A stretch of DNA of 64,000 nucleotides from an uncultured Acidobacteriaceae bacterium (GCA_964619065.1 CAZUCC010000013.1:12945-76944), one strand, 5' to 3'; positions 26,991 through 36,809 are shown, counted from the first letter of the stretch. Numbers and translations are program-made. The notes: generated by a model from the letters alone, not told the origin.

Positions 26991-29633
26991 CTATTCCGCG
27001 TTCCACCCTTCCACAACGATGGCGGGCTTGGCCGCACCCAGGTTCTTCGCCCGATAGGTTGCGGTGACCTCGCGCTTTTCTCCCGGCAGAAGCGAGAAAT
27101 AATTGTCCTGCCAGAGGACCGGAAGCACTTCTTCGCCCTTTTCTCCGGTGAGCTTCAGGCGGTTGAAGAACGCAATGCTTTTGGACGGATTCTCAATCGT
27201 AACGTGAGTAACAAGATTGTCGGGAGCGTGCTCCGTCTTACTCGTCACGATGAGCTTTACCTTGGGCAGCGTGTTTAACGTGGTGAAGTCGGCAAAATCC
27301 GCTGTCGGAGTCATGTACCAGGTGGACTTCTCCCAATCCAGTTTTTCGGGGTGAGTCGAAAGCCAGTAAAGGTTCGACCCCACCTGCTTGCCCGAAGCGT
27401 CATTCACCGTCAGCACGAGGAAGTAAGCGGGAGACAGGCCTTCGATCTGTGGCAAATCAATCAACTTCTGGGTGGTGTCCGCCGCAGCGTCCACGGTTAC
27501 TTCCTTCGAAAACTTCTCCGTCATGTCGAGGTTTAGCACGCGGGCACGCAGTTTTAAGCCCTTCGCGTCGGTGTATTGGCTGCTCACCAGCCAAACAGCA
27601 TTGTCGTCATATCCGTACACCGGGTGCAGCGGTTCGCAGGCGATCTTCGTCCCGAAGTATCCTCCGCCGGGGCGCAGATAGTAGTCGTAGAGGTGCCAGA
27701 TGACGGACGGCCATGCATTGTTTAGCATCCACTGAATCACGCCGGTGGAGGTGTATTTGTTGCGGCTGAAGGCTTCGAACATGGCGCGCTCACCTTCATA
27801 CGAAATCAGTTGCGACTTACGCGTGAAGTCTTCCAGGCTCTCCGATTTTCCATAGCGCTTCTCGACCGCGTCCTTGTAAAGCTTAATCGTCTTGAAGGGG
27901 CCGCCACCGGAGTGGAAATCCCATGCTTCATTCACGGGCCAGAGCTGTTCCTTGGGCAGCATTTGGCGCAGGCTCTCGGCTGGAGGCACGGCCGGTCCCA
28001 TACTTGTTTCCGTATTGAAACCCCACGCGCCGCCGATATCTTCTTTCTCCAGGGTCCAGTACGAAGGAGCTACGTAATCGTAGGGGCCAGTCATCTTCAC
28101 GCCCGGATCGCCCGTAACCGCCGTGGGAACGTGCTTCGCCGACGAGATCGAGGGATTGGGCCAGCGGCACTGATTCAGCACCGTTATATACGTCTGTTCA
28201 ACGTCTGGCGGCGGCGGACCATCGCTGCCATACAACCAGACAATCACGCTGGCATGATTGCGAAGCCGCCGCGCCTGATCCCGGAGCGACTCCGCGGAAA
28301 TCTTGAAATCCTGTTCCTTCCAGTTTTGCCAATGCTCCCAGTGATCGCAACAGCACCAGCCGGCCATCACGAGGATTCCGTAGCGGTCGGTGAGGTCGAA
28401 GAATTCTTCGGTTTCAAGCTTGCCCTCGAGGCGTATCGTGTTGAGCCCCATATCGCGCGTGTAGCGGATTTCGTCTTCCAAACGCGCAGTGTTTTCGCGC
28501 ATCATCATGTCGGGAGACCAGCCGCCACCACGAATCAGAATTTTCTTGCCGTTGATGGTGAAAACGCGGTGCTTCTGGTCGTCCACCACCCCGGTCACCT
28601 GCCGCACGGCAAAGTGCGTCTTCACTTTGTCGGAAACTTTGCCATCGGTTTCGAACTCCATCTCCAGCGGATAGAAGTTCTGCGCACCCATCTGCGCCGG
28701 CCACCACAACTTCGGATTCGCCATCTTCAACTGCGGATACTGCCCTGGCTCGAACGCCACGTCTTTACTCTCGCCTGGCGCTAGTTCCACGTCCTGCTCG
28801 AAAGTGATGCTTTCAATTTTGCCGCGTAGCTTGCCTTTTACGGCGTGGTTGGCGGAATTTTTCAATACTGCCGTAGCCGTCAGTGCGGCGGAATCGTTCG
28901 CGGGAGAATTGATTTCCGACATCACTGCCGGATAGCGCAACGCAACAGGCCCCGTCGTCGTTACGTAGACGCCACGCCACAATCCCATGTTCTTGTCGGG
29001 AGGCGCTGGGTTCCAATCCACGAACGTGATAGCAAGGTCATTCTTCTGTGGCGCCCATACCTGCACCGCCAGTCTGTTCACCGCTCCCGGCTTGGCCGCG
29101 GCGGTTATGTCGAACTCCCACGTCCGCCACGCACCTGCTACATCGTCCGAATTCGCAATCTGCTTCCCGTTCAGCCAGATGTTGGCGCGGTAATTGATCC
29201 CACCGAAATTCAGCCAAATCGTTTTGCCCGCATCCGCCGCAGGCAAGGTGAACTCCGTGCGGTACCACCAGGAAACGGCGAACGGACTATCCGGAGCCAT
29301 CTCTATATTTGAGAAATTTGCCCCGGGAGGATAACTCACGCCGGGCAGCGAGCGCAGATTCATGCCGAAGTAGGGATCGGGGTAGAGCTTATTTGCCACC
29401 AGCGCTGCCGTAACCGTGGTTGGCACATGCACGGAGTACCAGCCCTTCGTCTGGCCGCCGAATTCGGGCGACGAGATCGCCGCGCCCTGGGCCTCAACCT
29501 TCGCCGACGACTGTAATTGCCAATCTCGTAAAGGCTGCTGAGTGTCCTGGGCGGCGGCGTTTGGCGTCCATAACATGGCAACTACGGAGAGAGTCAACGC
29601 AGCGCAGGCCGCAATCAGCTTCTTGGGTCGCAT
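26991..29633 (-). CDS. Secreted glycoside hydrolase family 2 protein (exo-beta-D-glucosaminidase / beta-mannosidase-like)
   Basis: Signal peptide, then the GH2 sugar-binding, Ig-like and TIM-barrel layout (WWYRTEF, NIWLNGK, FTINGKKILIRGGGW, GLNTIRLEGK, VIVWLYGSDG). Confidence 0.85.
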   Translation of the reverse strand: MRPKKLIAACAALTLSVVAMLWTPNAAAQDTQQPLRDWQLQSSAKVEAQGAAISSPEFGGQTKGWYSVHVPTTVTAALVANKLYPDPYFGMNLRSLPGVSYPPGANFSNIEMAPDSPFAVSWWYRTEFTLPAADAGKTIWLNFGGINYRANIWLNGKQIANSDDVAGAWRTWEFDITAAAKPGAVNRLAVQVWAPQKNDLAITFVDWNPAPPDKNMGLWRGVYVTTTGPVALRYPAVMSEINSPANDSAALTATAVLKNSANHAVKGKLRGKIESITFEQDVELAPGESKDVAFEPGQYPQLKMANPKLWWPAQMGAQNFYPLEMEFETDGKVSDKVKTHFAVRQVTGVVDDQKHRVFTINGKKILIRGGGWSPDMMMRENTARLEDEIRYTRDMGLNTIRLEGKLETEEFFDLTDRYGILVMAGWCCCDHWEHWQNWKEQDFKISAESLRDQARRLRNHASVIVWLYGSDGPPPPDVEQTYITVLNQCRWPNPSISSAKHVPTAVTGDPGVKMTGPYDYVAPSYWTLEKEDIGGAWGFNTETSMGPAVPPAESLRQMLPKEQLWPVNEAWDFHSGGGPFKTIKLYKDAVEKRYGKSESLEDFTRKSQLISYEGERAMFEAFSRNKYTSTGVIQWMLNNAWPSVIWHLYDYYLRPGGGYFGTKIACEPLHPVYGYDDNAVWLVSSQYTDAKGLKLRARVLNLDMTEKFSKEVTVDAAADTTQKLIDLPQIEGLSPAYFLVLTVNDASGKQVGSNLYWLSTHPEKLDWEKSTWYMTPTADFADFTTLNTLPKVKLIVTSKTEHAPDNLVTHVTIENPSKSIAFFNRLKLTGEKGEEVLPVLWQDNYFSLLPGEKREVTATYRAKNLGAAKPAIVVEGWNAE

Positions 29634-29654
29634 GTAAAATTGTCCTTTTTGTTC

Positions 29655-29674
29655 CTATTGAAACGTTTGACTAC
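29655..29674. promoter_or_regulatory. LacI-type palindromic operator candidate 22-41 nt upstream of the GH2 start codon
   Basis: ctattgaaacgtttgactac. The core TGAAACGTTTGA is one mismatch from the perfect palindrome TGAAACGTTTCA. Confidence 0.45.
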
Positions 29675-29849
29675 TCTATCCCATTCGCCGCCCAGCGCGC
29701 TATATTTACGCTCAACGGCTCCAAAACCCTCCCCATTTGCCCCTTCTGGCGGAAGGCGGTAAGATTCCCTGCAACGGGGTGGCTGCTTGGGGGCAGTGTT
29801 TCTCTTGATTGTGAACGCCTGGCTGTGTCCAGCTTAAGCATTGGAGTTT

Positions 29850-32453
29850 ATGCCGGAGTCTGCACCCATTATTATGGACGGCGATCCCGCCCGGAATTCC
29901 CTGACCGGTACGGTTGCAGGCCGATTTGAGATTGAGAATCGCGTCGGCGTCGGCGGTATGGGCGAAGTCTATCGCGCTCAGGACACGCGCCTGAAATGTG
30001 CGGTTGCTCTTAAACGTCTGGCCCCGGCCTTACTCAACGACGCGCTTTACAGGCGCCGCTTCATGGAGGAAGCGCAGCGCGCCGTTCGCCTGCGCAATGA
30101 CCCCAGAGTGGCGGCTGTCTATGATGTTCTGGAAGTACAAAACGAAATCTTTCTGGTCATGGAGTTTGTGGAAGGTGAGACGCTGCGCCAGCGCCTTGCA
30201 CGTCCCATTCAGCTGAAGGAATTTCTCCACATCGCCAGCCAGTGCGCAGAAGCTCTGGTCGCCGCTAACGACCGCGGCATCATCCATGGCGATATCAAGC
30301 CGGAAAACATCATGCTCACGCCCGCTGGGCAGGTCAAGATTTTGGATTTCGGCGTGGCCAAGCAAATACTCCGCTCCGACGATGACCTGACAGTTGACCC
30401 AGCCGCGATGATTAGTGGAACCCCTGCGTATATGGCGCCGGAAATCCTGCTCAAGAAGGAGGCCGACGGCCGTGCCGACATCTTCTCTCTCGGTATCGTT
30501 TTCTACGAGGCGCTTACCGGACGTCATCCCTTTCGCGCCGATAGCTTTTCCGCCACTTCCGACCGCATCCGCGGGGAAAAACCCACTTCCGCCCACACCT
30601 TTAATCCCGATGTCTCTCCAGCGCTCGAAAGCATTTTGCAGCGCATGCTCGCGAAGAAACCCGCCGACCGCTATCCCACTGCGCACGAAGTGTTGGCCGA
30701 CCTTGACCACCTGCAGTCCGGCCTTACGCCGGCCCGCCTGCTGCGCCTGCTCCCCATGCAGCAGCGCAAGGCCAGTGTGCGCAAGGGCTTCTTGCTGGGG
30801 GCGGCAGCGGTGGCGCTGTTAGCGGTGCTTTCCCAGGTGCCACAGGTCGAACAACTTTGGGAGAAGGTTGCAGGTCCCTCTGTCATTCGCCTGGTAGTGC
30901 TGCCCCTCCGCACCTCCTCCACGGATGCCAATGACCGGGCTTTTTGTGACGGCCTCACCGAGGCATTGTCCCTCTGGCTGGCACAATTTGGCGACAGGGC
31001 CCGCCTGGATGTGGTGCCGCCGAGCGAGGTTCGAGCGGAATCGGTACAGAACGTTGATCAGGCGCGCAAGAAGTTCGGGGCAAATCGCGTCCTTGAGGGT
31101 ACGGTCAGCGAGTCCGGGAATCAGGCCAGGGTCATCTACAGCTTGGTCGATGCGACGACGGGGCGCTCTCTGGGCGGCAATACCATCACCATCAACAATT
31201 CTGATCGTTTGGCAATTGAAGACCAGTTGGTTACTAGTGTGGCTGGCATTCTGGGGATGCAGCCAAGGCAGGACGACCGGACGGGACAAGGTACTCACGA
31301 ACCGGCCGCCTACGACTACTACCTGCGCGGACGAGGTTATCTGCAGGATTATCACAAGGCGGAAAATGTTGACAGCGCCATTGAGGTCTTCAAGCACTCT
31401 TTGGAGCGCGATCCAAACTATGCGCGAGCCTATGCGGGGTTAGGAGAGAGCTATTGGCGGAAGTACGAACAAACACAATCGCGGAATTGGGTGGCGCTTG
31501 CGCAGGGTGCCTGCAAGCGAGCTGTAGATTTGGACAAAGATTTGGCCATTGCCCACAATTGCCTGGGAGAAGTAAGTAACGGCACAGGTGAATATCAGCA
31601 AGCGACCGATGAGTTCCAGCACGCCGCCAATCTTGATCCCAGCAATGACGATGCCTTGCTCGGATTGGCCTCTGCTTATGACAAGCTTGGTAGAGCCCAG
31701 GAGGCGGAGAGCTATTTCGAGCGGGCGATCCAGCTGCATCCGCAGTACTGGAGGGGATATTCGAGTTTGGGAAATTTTTACTTTCATGCGGCACGGTATA
31801 GGGAAGCCGAGGAACAATATCGCCGCTTGACTATGCTAGTTCCGGAAGGAGCATTCGGATACAGCAACTTGGGGGCGGCTTATCTGGCTGAAGGGCGTTA
31901 CGGCGAAGCAGTCGCAGAGTTCAAGCGCTCCCTGCAACTAAAATCCAACGCGACGGCGTACTCCAATTTGGCGACTGCGTATTTTTTCGAACACCACTTC
32001 GCGGAGGCAGCGCGCACTTACGAAATGGCGATTCAGCAGAAGGACGCCGAATATTGGCAATGGGGCAATCTTGCGGAAGCATACGCCCTCGTGCCAGCAG
32101 AATCGGCGCGTGTGCAGCCCACTTATCTTAAAGCAGCCGAACTGGTCAGTGAGGTATTGCATGTCAATCCGCGGGATGCGGAGGCGATTCATTGGGCTAG
32201 CCTCTATCAAGCAATGTTGGGGAATCGGGAAGTGGCCTTGACGTTGTTTCGAAAAATTCCGGCGGGCTCGCCCAGAGATCCGGAGGTGTGGGCCGTCGCT
32301 GCGAAGATTCACTACCGCCTCGGCATGAACGATCAGGCCCTCTCTGAACTCGAGAAGTCAGTCTCGGCGGGGTATTCAAGAGCCTGGGTGCGCGATGACC
32401 CGGCTTTTGCTGGTTTGGCCTCCAACTTGCAATTCCAGCGGATTGTGAAGTAA
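29850..32453 (+). CDS. Ser/Thr protein kinase with one TM segment, a periplasmic TolB_N-like module and C-terminal TPR repeats
   Basis: Kinase subdomains GVGGMGEVYRA, VALKRL, HGDIKPENIML, DFG and GTPAYMAPE, followed by many TPR units (AYAGLGESYWRKYE...). ATG at 29850; the ORF opens at the TTG at 29841. Confidence 0.9.
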   Translation: MPESAPIIMDGDPARNSLTGTVAGRFEIENRVGVGGMGEVYRAQDTRLKCAVALKRLAPALLNDALYRRRFMEEAQRAVRLRNDPRVAAVYDVLEVQNEIFLVMEFVEGETLRQRLARPIQLKEFLHIASQCAEALVAANDRGIIHGDIKPENIMLTPAGQVKILDFGVAKQILRSDDDLTVDPAAMISGTPAYMAPEILLKKEADGRADIFSLGIVFYEALTGRHPFRADSFSATSDRIRGEKPTSAHTFNPDVSPALESILQRMLAKKPADRYPTAHEVLADLDHLQSGLTPARLLRLLPMQQRKASVRKGFLLGAAAVALLAVLSQVPQVEQLWEKVAGPSVIRLVVLPLRTSSTDANDRAFCDGLTEALSLWLAQFGDRARLDVVPPSEVRAESVQNVDQARKKFGANRVLEGTVSESGNQARVIYSLVDATTGRSLGGNTITINNSDRLAIEDQLVTSVAGILGMQPRQDDRTGQGTHEPAAYDYYLRGRGYLQDYHKAENVDSAIEVFKHSLERDPNYARAYAGLGESYWRKYEQTQSRNWVALAQGACKRAVDLDKDLAIAHNCLGEVSNGTGEYQQATDEFQHAANLDPSNDDALLGLASAYDKLGRAQEAESYFERAIQLHPQYWRGYSSLGNFYFHAARYREAEEQYRRLTMLVPEGAFGYSNLGAAYLAEGRYGEAVAEFKRSLQLKSNATAYSNLATAYFFEHHFAEAARTYEMAIQQKDAEYWQWGNLAEAYALVPAESARVQPTYLKAAELVSEVLHVNPRDAEAIHWASLYQAMLGNREVALTLFRKIPAGSPRDPEVWAVAAKIHYRLGMNDQALSELEKSVSAGYSRAWVRDDPAFAGLASNLQFQRIVK

Positions 32454-32514
32454 GAATGATCGGTCGCTGTCGTAAGGGTTTTTCAGAAAGGTAATTCAAA
32501 CTCGGAGGAAAAGT

Positions 32515-32856
32515 ATGAGCGCACAACCAATTGAGATGCCAGAACTGCCAGAGTGTGAGGAAAAAGAAAAAATTGTTCGGGTGAGTGTGAACAAGGATGG
32601 CTACCCACGGGTTGAGCCGGACTACGTCGAAATCGATCGCAGACGGGGGGAGACAGTCGTTTGGCACGCTGACGAGGGGGTCAATTTCACAATTTGTTTT
32701 GGTGACGAAACCCCTTTTGAAAGCTTTCATTTCCATCCTTGCTTGCGCTCGTCTGGCAAGGTCCGCATGGGCGCTTCCGGCGGAGAGTATAAATACTCCG
32801 TTGAGGTCAATGGGAAAGTGATCGACCCAAAGGTCGGAGTACAGCCACCGAGCTAA
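32515..32856 (+). CDS. Hypothetical 113-aa protein (predicted small beta-rich domain)
   Basis: The ATG is preceded by GGAGGAAAAGT, and codon usage looks coding-like. I recognise no family. Confidence 0.6.
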   Translation: MSAQPIEMPELPECEEKEKIVRVSVNKDGYPRVEPDYVEIDRRRGETVVWHADEGVNFTICFGDETPFESFHFHPCLRSSGKVRMGASGGEYKYSVEVNGKVIDPKVGVQPPS

Positions 32857-32888
32857 ATCACACGTGCTCGTGGCAGACGGGTTGCGGT

Positions 32889-32915
32889 CCTTCCTTGGTA
32901 CCACACCAAGGGAGG
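32889..32915 (+). terminator. Strong hairpin 33 nt after the stop of the 113-aa gene
   Basis: ccttccttggt-accac-accaagggagg forms 11 bp (one G-U pair), followed by a GT-rich, T-ending stretch. Confidence 0.5.
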
Positions 32916-33179
32916 CCGGCCCGTGTGTGTTCTTGGCGGTTCTGCCTGCCATTTGCTCGACCTCCTATCGTTTGGAACTTTCAGGAGTTGGCGCACAGTT
33001 GCCTTAGGCCATTCCATCCGAACGGATATTGAGGCTATCTCTCTGGATAGCCTCGTCTGGAATTTAGGAAGCGACGAGCTGGCGGCGTGTCGCCAGCTCC
33101 CAGAACCAGCCAGCTGGTTTATAATTACCCATTCCGCGCTTAAATCTTCGCCATTATTGACTCGGAGCCTTAAACAGCC

Positions 33180-35165
33180 ATGATTCGCTTTCTCCAATCT
33201 CAAGGCCAGATCAAGAAGTATGTGCTGAGCGGCATACTGCTTGTGATTTGCGTCGGCATGGTCGTCTACCTAATACCGGGAGCTGGTTCCAGCGGGGGCG
33301 TTAACGGGCCCGCAAGGGGAATCGTCGCAACCGTGGGGGGCGAATCGGTCACCTCGCAAGAGGTAAGTGAGCAGGGCCGCGCCATGTTGCGTCAGCAATT
33401 TCCTCAGGGCAATCCCATGGCCGAGCAGATGCAGCCCTACTTCAACCAGCGTGCGATCGAGGATCTGATCAACGGAAAGGCTCGGCGGGTGGCGGCGGAG
33501 AACTTGGGTTTACGCGTCAGCGACGACGAATTACGCGACGAATTAGAACATGGCCCGGACAGCCCGAAGTTTTTCCCGGACGGCAAATTCATCGGGCAGA
33601 AGCAGTACGAAGACCTGCTTCAGTCTGCCAATCTGACTCCCGCCAAGTTCGAAGAGTTGGAAAAGGGCTACCTGCTGTCTCGCAAGTTGTACTCCTTGGT
33701 CGCAGGCGCTGCCTTCGTAACTAACTCCGAGGTGGAAGACGAGGTCCGCAAGCGCAACACCAAAGTAAAATTCGACTACGCCGTGCTCGATGCTGCCGAC
33801 ATTAAAAAGGGTATTCATCCCGGCACGGAAGAGTTGAAAGCGTTCTACGAGCGCAACAAAGCCGGTTTTGCCAACTCGATTCCGGAGAAGCGTAAGCTCC
33901 GCTACGCGTTGGTGGACGTGGCTAAGGTGGAATCCCAGGTCGTGGTCAGCAACGACGATGTGAGGTCCTACTACCAGCAGAATGGGAACCAGTATCGCGT
34001 CCCCGAACAGGTGAATGTGCGCCATATCTTGATCAAAGCTCCGTTACCCGGCGCCGACGGAAAAGTTGACCCCAAGGCGCTGGATGCAGCACGCGCCAAG
34101 GCGGACGATGTTCTCAAGCAGCTCAAGGCGGGTGGTGATTTCGCGAAGCTGGCGCAGAAATACTCCGAGGATCCAGGCAGCAACAATACAGCAGGCTTGT
34201 TGGGTTGGATCCAGCGGGGGCGTTATGGCTCGCCGGATGTGGAGCGTGTGATTTTCTCCCTGCCCAAAGGGCAAACGAGCGATGTTATAAAGAGCAGTTA
34301 TGGTTTCCACATTGTGCGCGTGGAAGACAAACAGGAAGTGCATCTCAAGCCGCTGGAGGAAGTGAAGGGTGATATCGAGCCTCTGCTCAAGCAGCGGATC
34401 GCGCAGCGTCAGGCGGAAGCCCAGGCGAATACGCTCCTTACGCAGTCTCGGACGAATGGAATCGAGAAAGCCGCTGCCGCTCATGGCGGCGCGGTCACTA
34501 CGGATTTTCTGAGCACCGGGGATGCGCTGCCGGGTATCGGCGTTGCGCCCGAACTCATGTCCGCCGTTTTCGGCGCCAAGGAGAAAGCTCCACCGGAATT
34601 GCTGCACACGCCGCAAGGCTATGCCGTCTATGAAGTGCTCGCGGTTCGCCCGCCCGCCACGCCCACGTTTGAAGAAATACAGAGCAAAGTGGAAGAGGAG
34701 TTCAAGAACGAACGCGGCAACGAGTTGCTGGCGAAGAAGACGCAAGAACTCGCTGACCGTGCCAAAGCCTTGCATGACTTGAAGAAAGCCGCCAAAGAAC
34801 TCGGCGCGAGCGTGAAGAGCAGCGAGCCTGTTCTACCAACGGGTCAGGTGCCGGACATTGGCTCCATGAGTGCCGAGGGGGTGGCGGGCGTATTCTCCGC
34901 CAAAGTAGGAGACGTCGTAGGTCCAGCGCAGGTTGGCCAGAATGGCGCTGTCCTCCAAGTTGTGAGCCGCGAAGAACCTACCGCTGCTGAGATTGCACAA
35001 AAGAAGGACGAGATCCGCGAAGGCTTGCTGCAGAATAAACGCGAGGAAATGTTTGGCATGTACATGTCGAACCTTCGCCAGCAGATGGAAAAATCCGGCA
35101 AGATCGTCATCAATGAGAACGAAAGGAAGGCGCTCACCGCAGGCCGTGGTCCCGCTGGTCTGTAG
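33180..35165 (+). CDS. ppiD: Periplasmic chaperone / peptidyl-prolyl isomerase of the PpiD type (SurA_N + parvulin domain)
   Basis: N-terminal TM anchor, a SurA_N-like region, and a parvulin domain (VNVRHILIKAP...AQKYSEDPGSNNTAGLLGWIQRGRY...FSLPKGQTSDVIKSSYGFHIVRVE). Confidence 0.85.
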   Translation: MIRFLQSQGQIKKYVLSGILLVICVGMVVYLIPGAGSSGGVNGPARGIVATVGGESVTSQEVSEQGRAMLRQQFPQGNPMAEQMQPYFNQRAIEDLINGKARRVAAENLGLRVSDDELRDELEHGPDSPKFFPDGKFIGQKQYEDLLQSANLTPAKFEELEKGYLLSRKLYSLVAGAAFVTNSEVEDEVRKRNTKVKFDYAVLDAADIKKGIHPGTEELKAFYERNKAGFANSIPEKRKLRYALVDVAKVESQVVVSNDDVRSYYQQNGNQYRVPEQVNVRHILIKAPLPGADGKVDPKALDAARAKADDVLKQLKAGGDFAKLAQKYSEDPGSNNTAGLLGWIQRGRYGSPDVERVIFSLPKGQTSDVIKSSYGFHIVRVEDKQEVHLKPLEEVKGDIEPLLKQRIAQRQAEAQANTLLTQSRTNGIEKAAAAHGGAVTTDFLSTGDALPGIGVAPELMSAVFGAKEKAPPELLHTPQGYAVYEVLAVRPPATPTFEEIQSKVEEEFKNERGNELLAKKTQELADRAKALHDLKKAAKELGASVKSSEPVLPTGQVPDIGSMSAEGVAGVFSAKVGDVVGPAQVGQNGAVLQVVSREEPTAAEIAQKKDEIREGLLQNKREEMFGMYMSNLRQQMEKSGKIVINENERKALTAGRGPAGL

Positions 35166-35279
35166 CGCCGCTGTCTCAAAAACTCCATTCAGAGGGACTT
35201 GCCGTGCTCTGGCACGAAGGTCCGCCTGGAACTTCCGCCCCAGCCTCCGGATCGGATACATTGGAGTTTCGAGCAAAGC

Positions 35280-36809
35280 ATGTCATTTTCCCGTGCTACT
35301 GGCATTCTCCTGCATCCTTCCTGTCTGCCGTCGCGCGGCGGTATCGGCGACTTGGGACCAGCTGCCTATGGCTTCGTAAACTTTCTGGCATCAGCGCGGC
35401 AAGGATTGTGGCAAGTGCTTCCGCTCGGCCCGCTGGGACTTGGCAACTCTCCGTACTCTTCCATCTCGGCTTTTGCGGGGAATGTGCTGCTCGTTAGCCT
35501 GGAGAGGCTCGCGGAGCGCGGCTGGATCGGGTGGGACCGCCTGCAGGATCTGGCGGAGCCGGCTGTCGCTGTCGACTACGACTACGTCCGTACGAACAAG
35601 CTCCCGCTGATCGAGGAATCCGCCCGGAATTTTTTGAAGAATGCTTCTGGTTCCGCGCGCGAGCGCTTTGACCGGTTTTGCGGGGAGAATGCCTGGTGGC
35701 TGGAAGGTTTTGTTCTCTTTCGCGCTCTGCGCGAGCGCTACAGCAAGGAAGCTTGGAATTCCTGGCCGCGCGAGCTTGCCCGCCGCGAACCGGCGGCTCT
35801 CAAGAAAGCGGCGCGGGAACTCAAGCATGCTCTCGCGGCCGACCGCGTCATGCAATTTTTTTTCTTCGAGCAATGGCATGCGCTACGCCGCTATTGTGCC
35901 GAACGTTCGATCCGCATCGTGGGTGATATTGCCATCTTCCTGAACTACGACAGCGCCGACGTGTGGGAGAATCCCGGTCTCTTTCAGCTCGATGCCGATC
36001 TGAATCCCATGGCCGTTAGCGGCGTCCCGCCCGATTACTTCAGCGCCAAGGGGCAACGTTGGGGCAATCCCTTGTACCGCTGGGATGCGATGAAGGAAGA
36101 CGGCTACGATTGGTGGGTCAAGCGCCTGCGATGGACTACGCAAAGTGTGGACTACATCCGCCTCGATCACTTCCGCGCCTTCGAGCAGTACTGGAAAATC
36201 CCTGCCCATGAACCCACCGCCGTGAATGGACACTGGGTCGACGGGCCCAAAGACGATTTCTTCCACCAGGTTCGCAAGGCCATCCCAGAGTTTCCGTTCT
36301 TCGCGGAAGACCTGGGCATAATTACTCCACAAGTCAATGCCCTCCGCGAGCGCTTTTCCCTTCCGCGTATGGCCGTTCTGCAGTTCGGCTTCGGCGATGC
36401 TGGTTCCCACATCTACCTGCCGCACAAATGCCTTCCGGATACGGTCATCTACACCGGTACGCACGACACCGATACGGCCGTGGGTTGGTGGCAAACCGTC
36501 AGCGATTACGAACGCCGCAATGCCGAAGTGTATCTTGGCCCCTGCAACGACGGAATTCATTGGGGGCTGATCCGCGCGGCTGTGAGTTCCATGTCTTCCC
36601 TCTCCGTGATTCCCATGCAGGATGTTCTCGGACTCGGTTCCGAGGCTCGCATGAACCGCCCCAGCATCAGCGACGGCAATTGGACCTGGCGCCTGTCACC
36701 GGGCGCCGCTAATGACGATCTGGCACGGCGCTTGGCGCATCTGGCGGAAGTTGCGGACCGCTTGCCGGAACAGATTCCCTTAGGACCCAACGAGGAGTTT
36801 GTCGCGTAG
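35280..36809 (+). CDS. malQ: 4-alpha-glucanotransferase (amylomaltase, GH77)
   Basis: The ATG at 35280 gives MSFSRATGILLHPSCLPSRGGIGDLG. Also contains GDIAIF, GVPPDYFSAKGQRWGNPLY, DYIRLDHFRAF, AEDLG and YTGTHDTDT. Confidence 0.92.
   Translation: MSFSRATGILLHPSCLPSRGGIGDLGPAAYGFVNFLASARQGLWQVLPLGPLGLGNSPYSSISAFAGNVLLVSLERLAERGWIGWDRLQDLAEPAVAVDYDYVRTNKLPLIEESARNFLKNASGSARERFDRFCGENAWWLEGFVLFRALRERYSKEAWNSWPRELARREPAALKKAARELKHALAADRVMQFFFFEQWHALRRYCAERSIRIVGDIAIFLNYDSADVWENPGLFQLDADLNPMAVSGVPPDYFSAKGQRWGNPLYRWDAMKEDGYDWWVKRLRWTTQSVDYIRLDHFRAFEQYWKIPAHEPTAVNGHWVDGPKDDFFHQVRKAIPEFPFFAEDLGIITPQVNALRERFSLPRMAVLQFGFGDAGSHIYLPHKCLPDTVIYTGTHDTDTAVGWWQTVSDYERRNAEVYLGPCNDGIHWGLIRAAVSSMSSLSVIPMQDVLGLGSEARMNRPSISDGNWTWRLSPGAANDDLARRLAHLAEVADRLPEQIPLGPNEEFVA

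Noticed and set aside
27810-28784. 324-aa ORF on the + strand
   Set aside because: It is antisense to the GH2 gene and has no recognisable motifs.
32853-33203. 116-aa (-) and 86-aa (+, 32923-33183) ORFs in the hairpin-rich intergenic region
   Set aside because: The translations are Arg/Ser-rich and low-complexity. The minus ORF overlaps the ppiD start. I treat the region as non-coding.
35861-35875. T8 homopolymer inside malQ (VMQFFFFEQW)
   Set aside because: It simply encodes Phe-Phe-Phe-Phe in a conserved enzyme. There is no evidence of phase variation.
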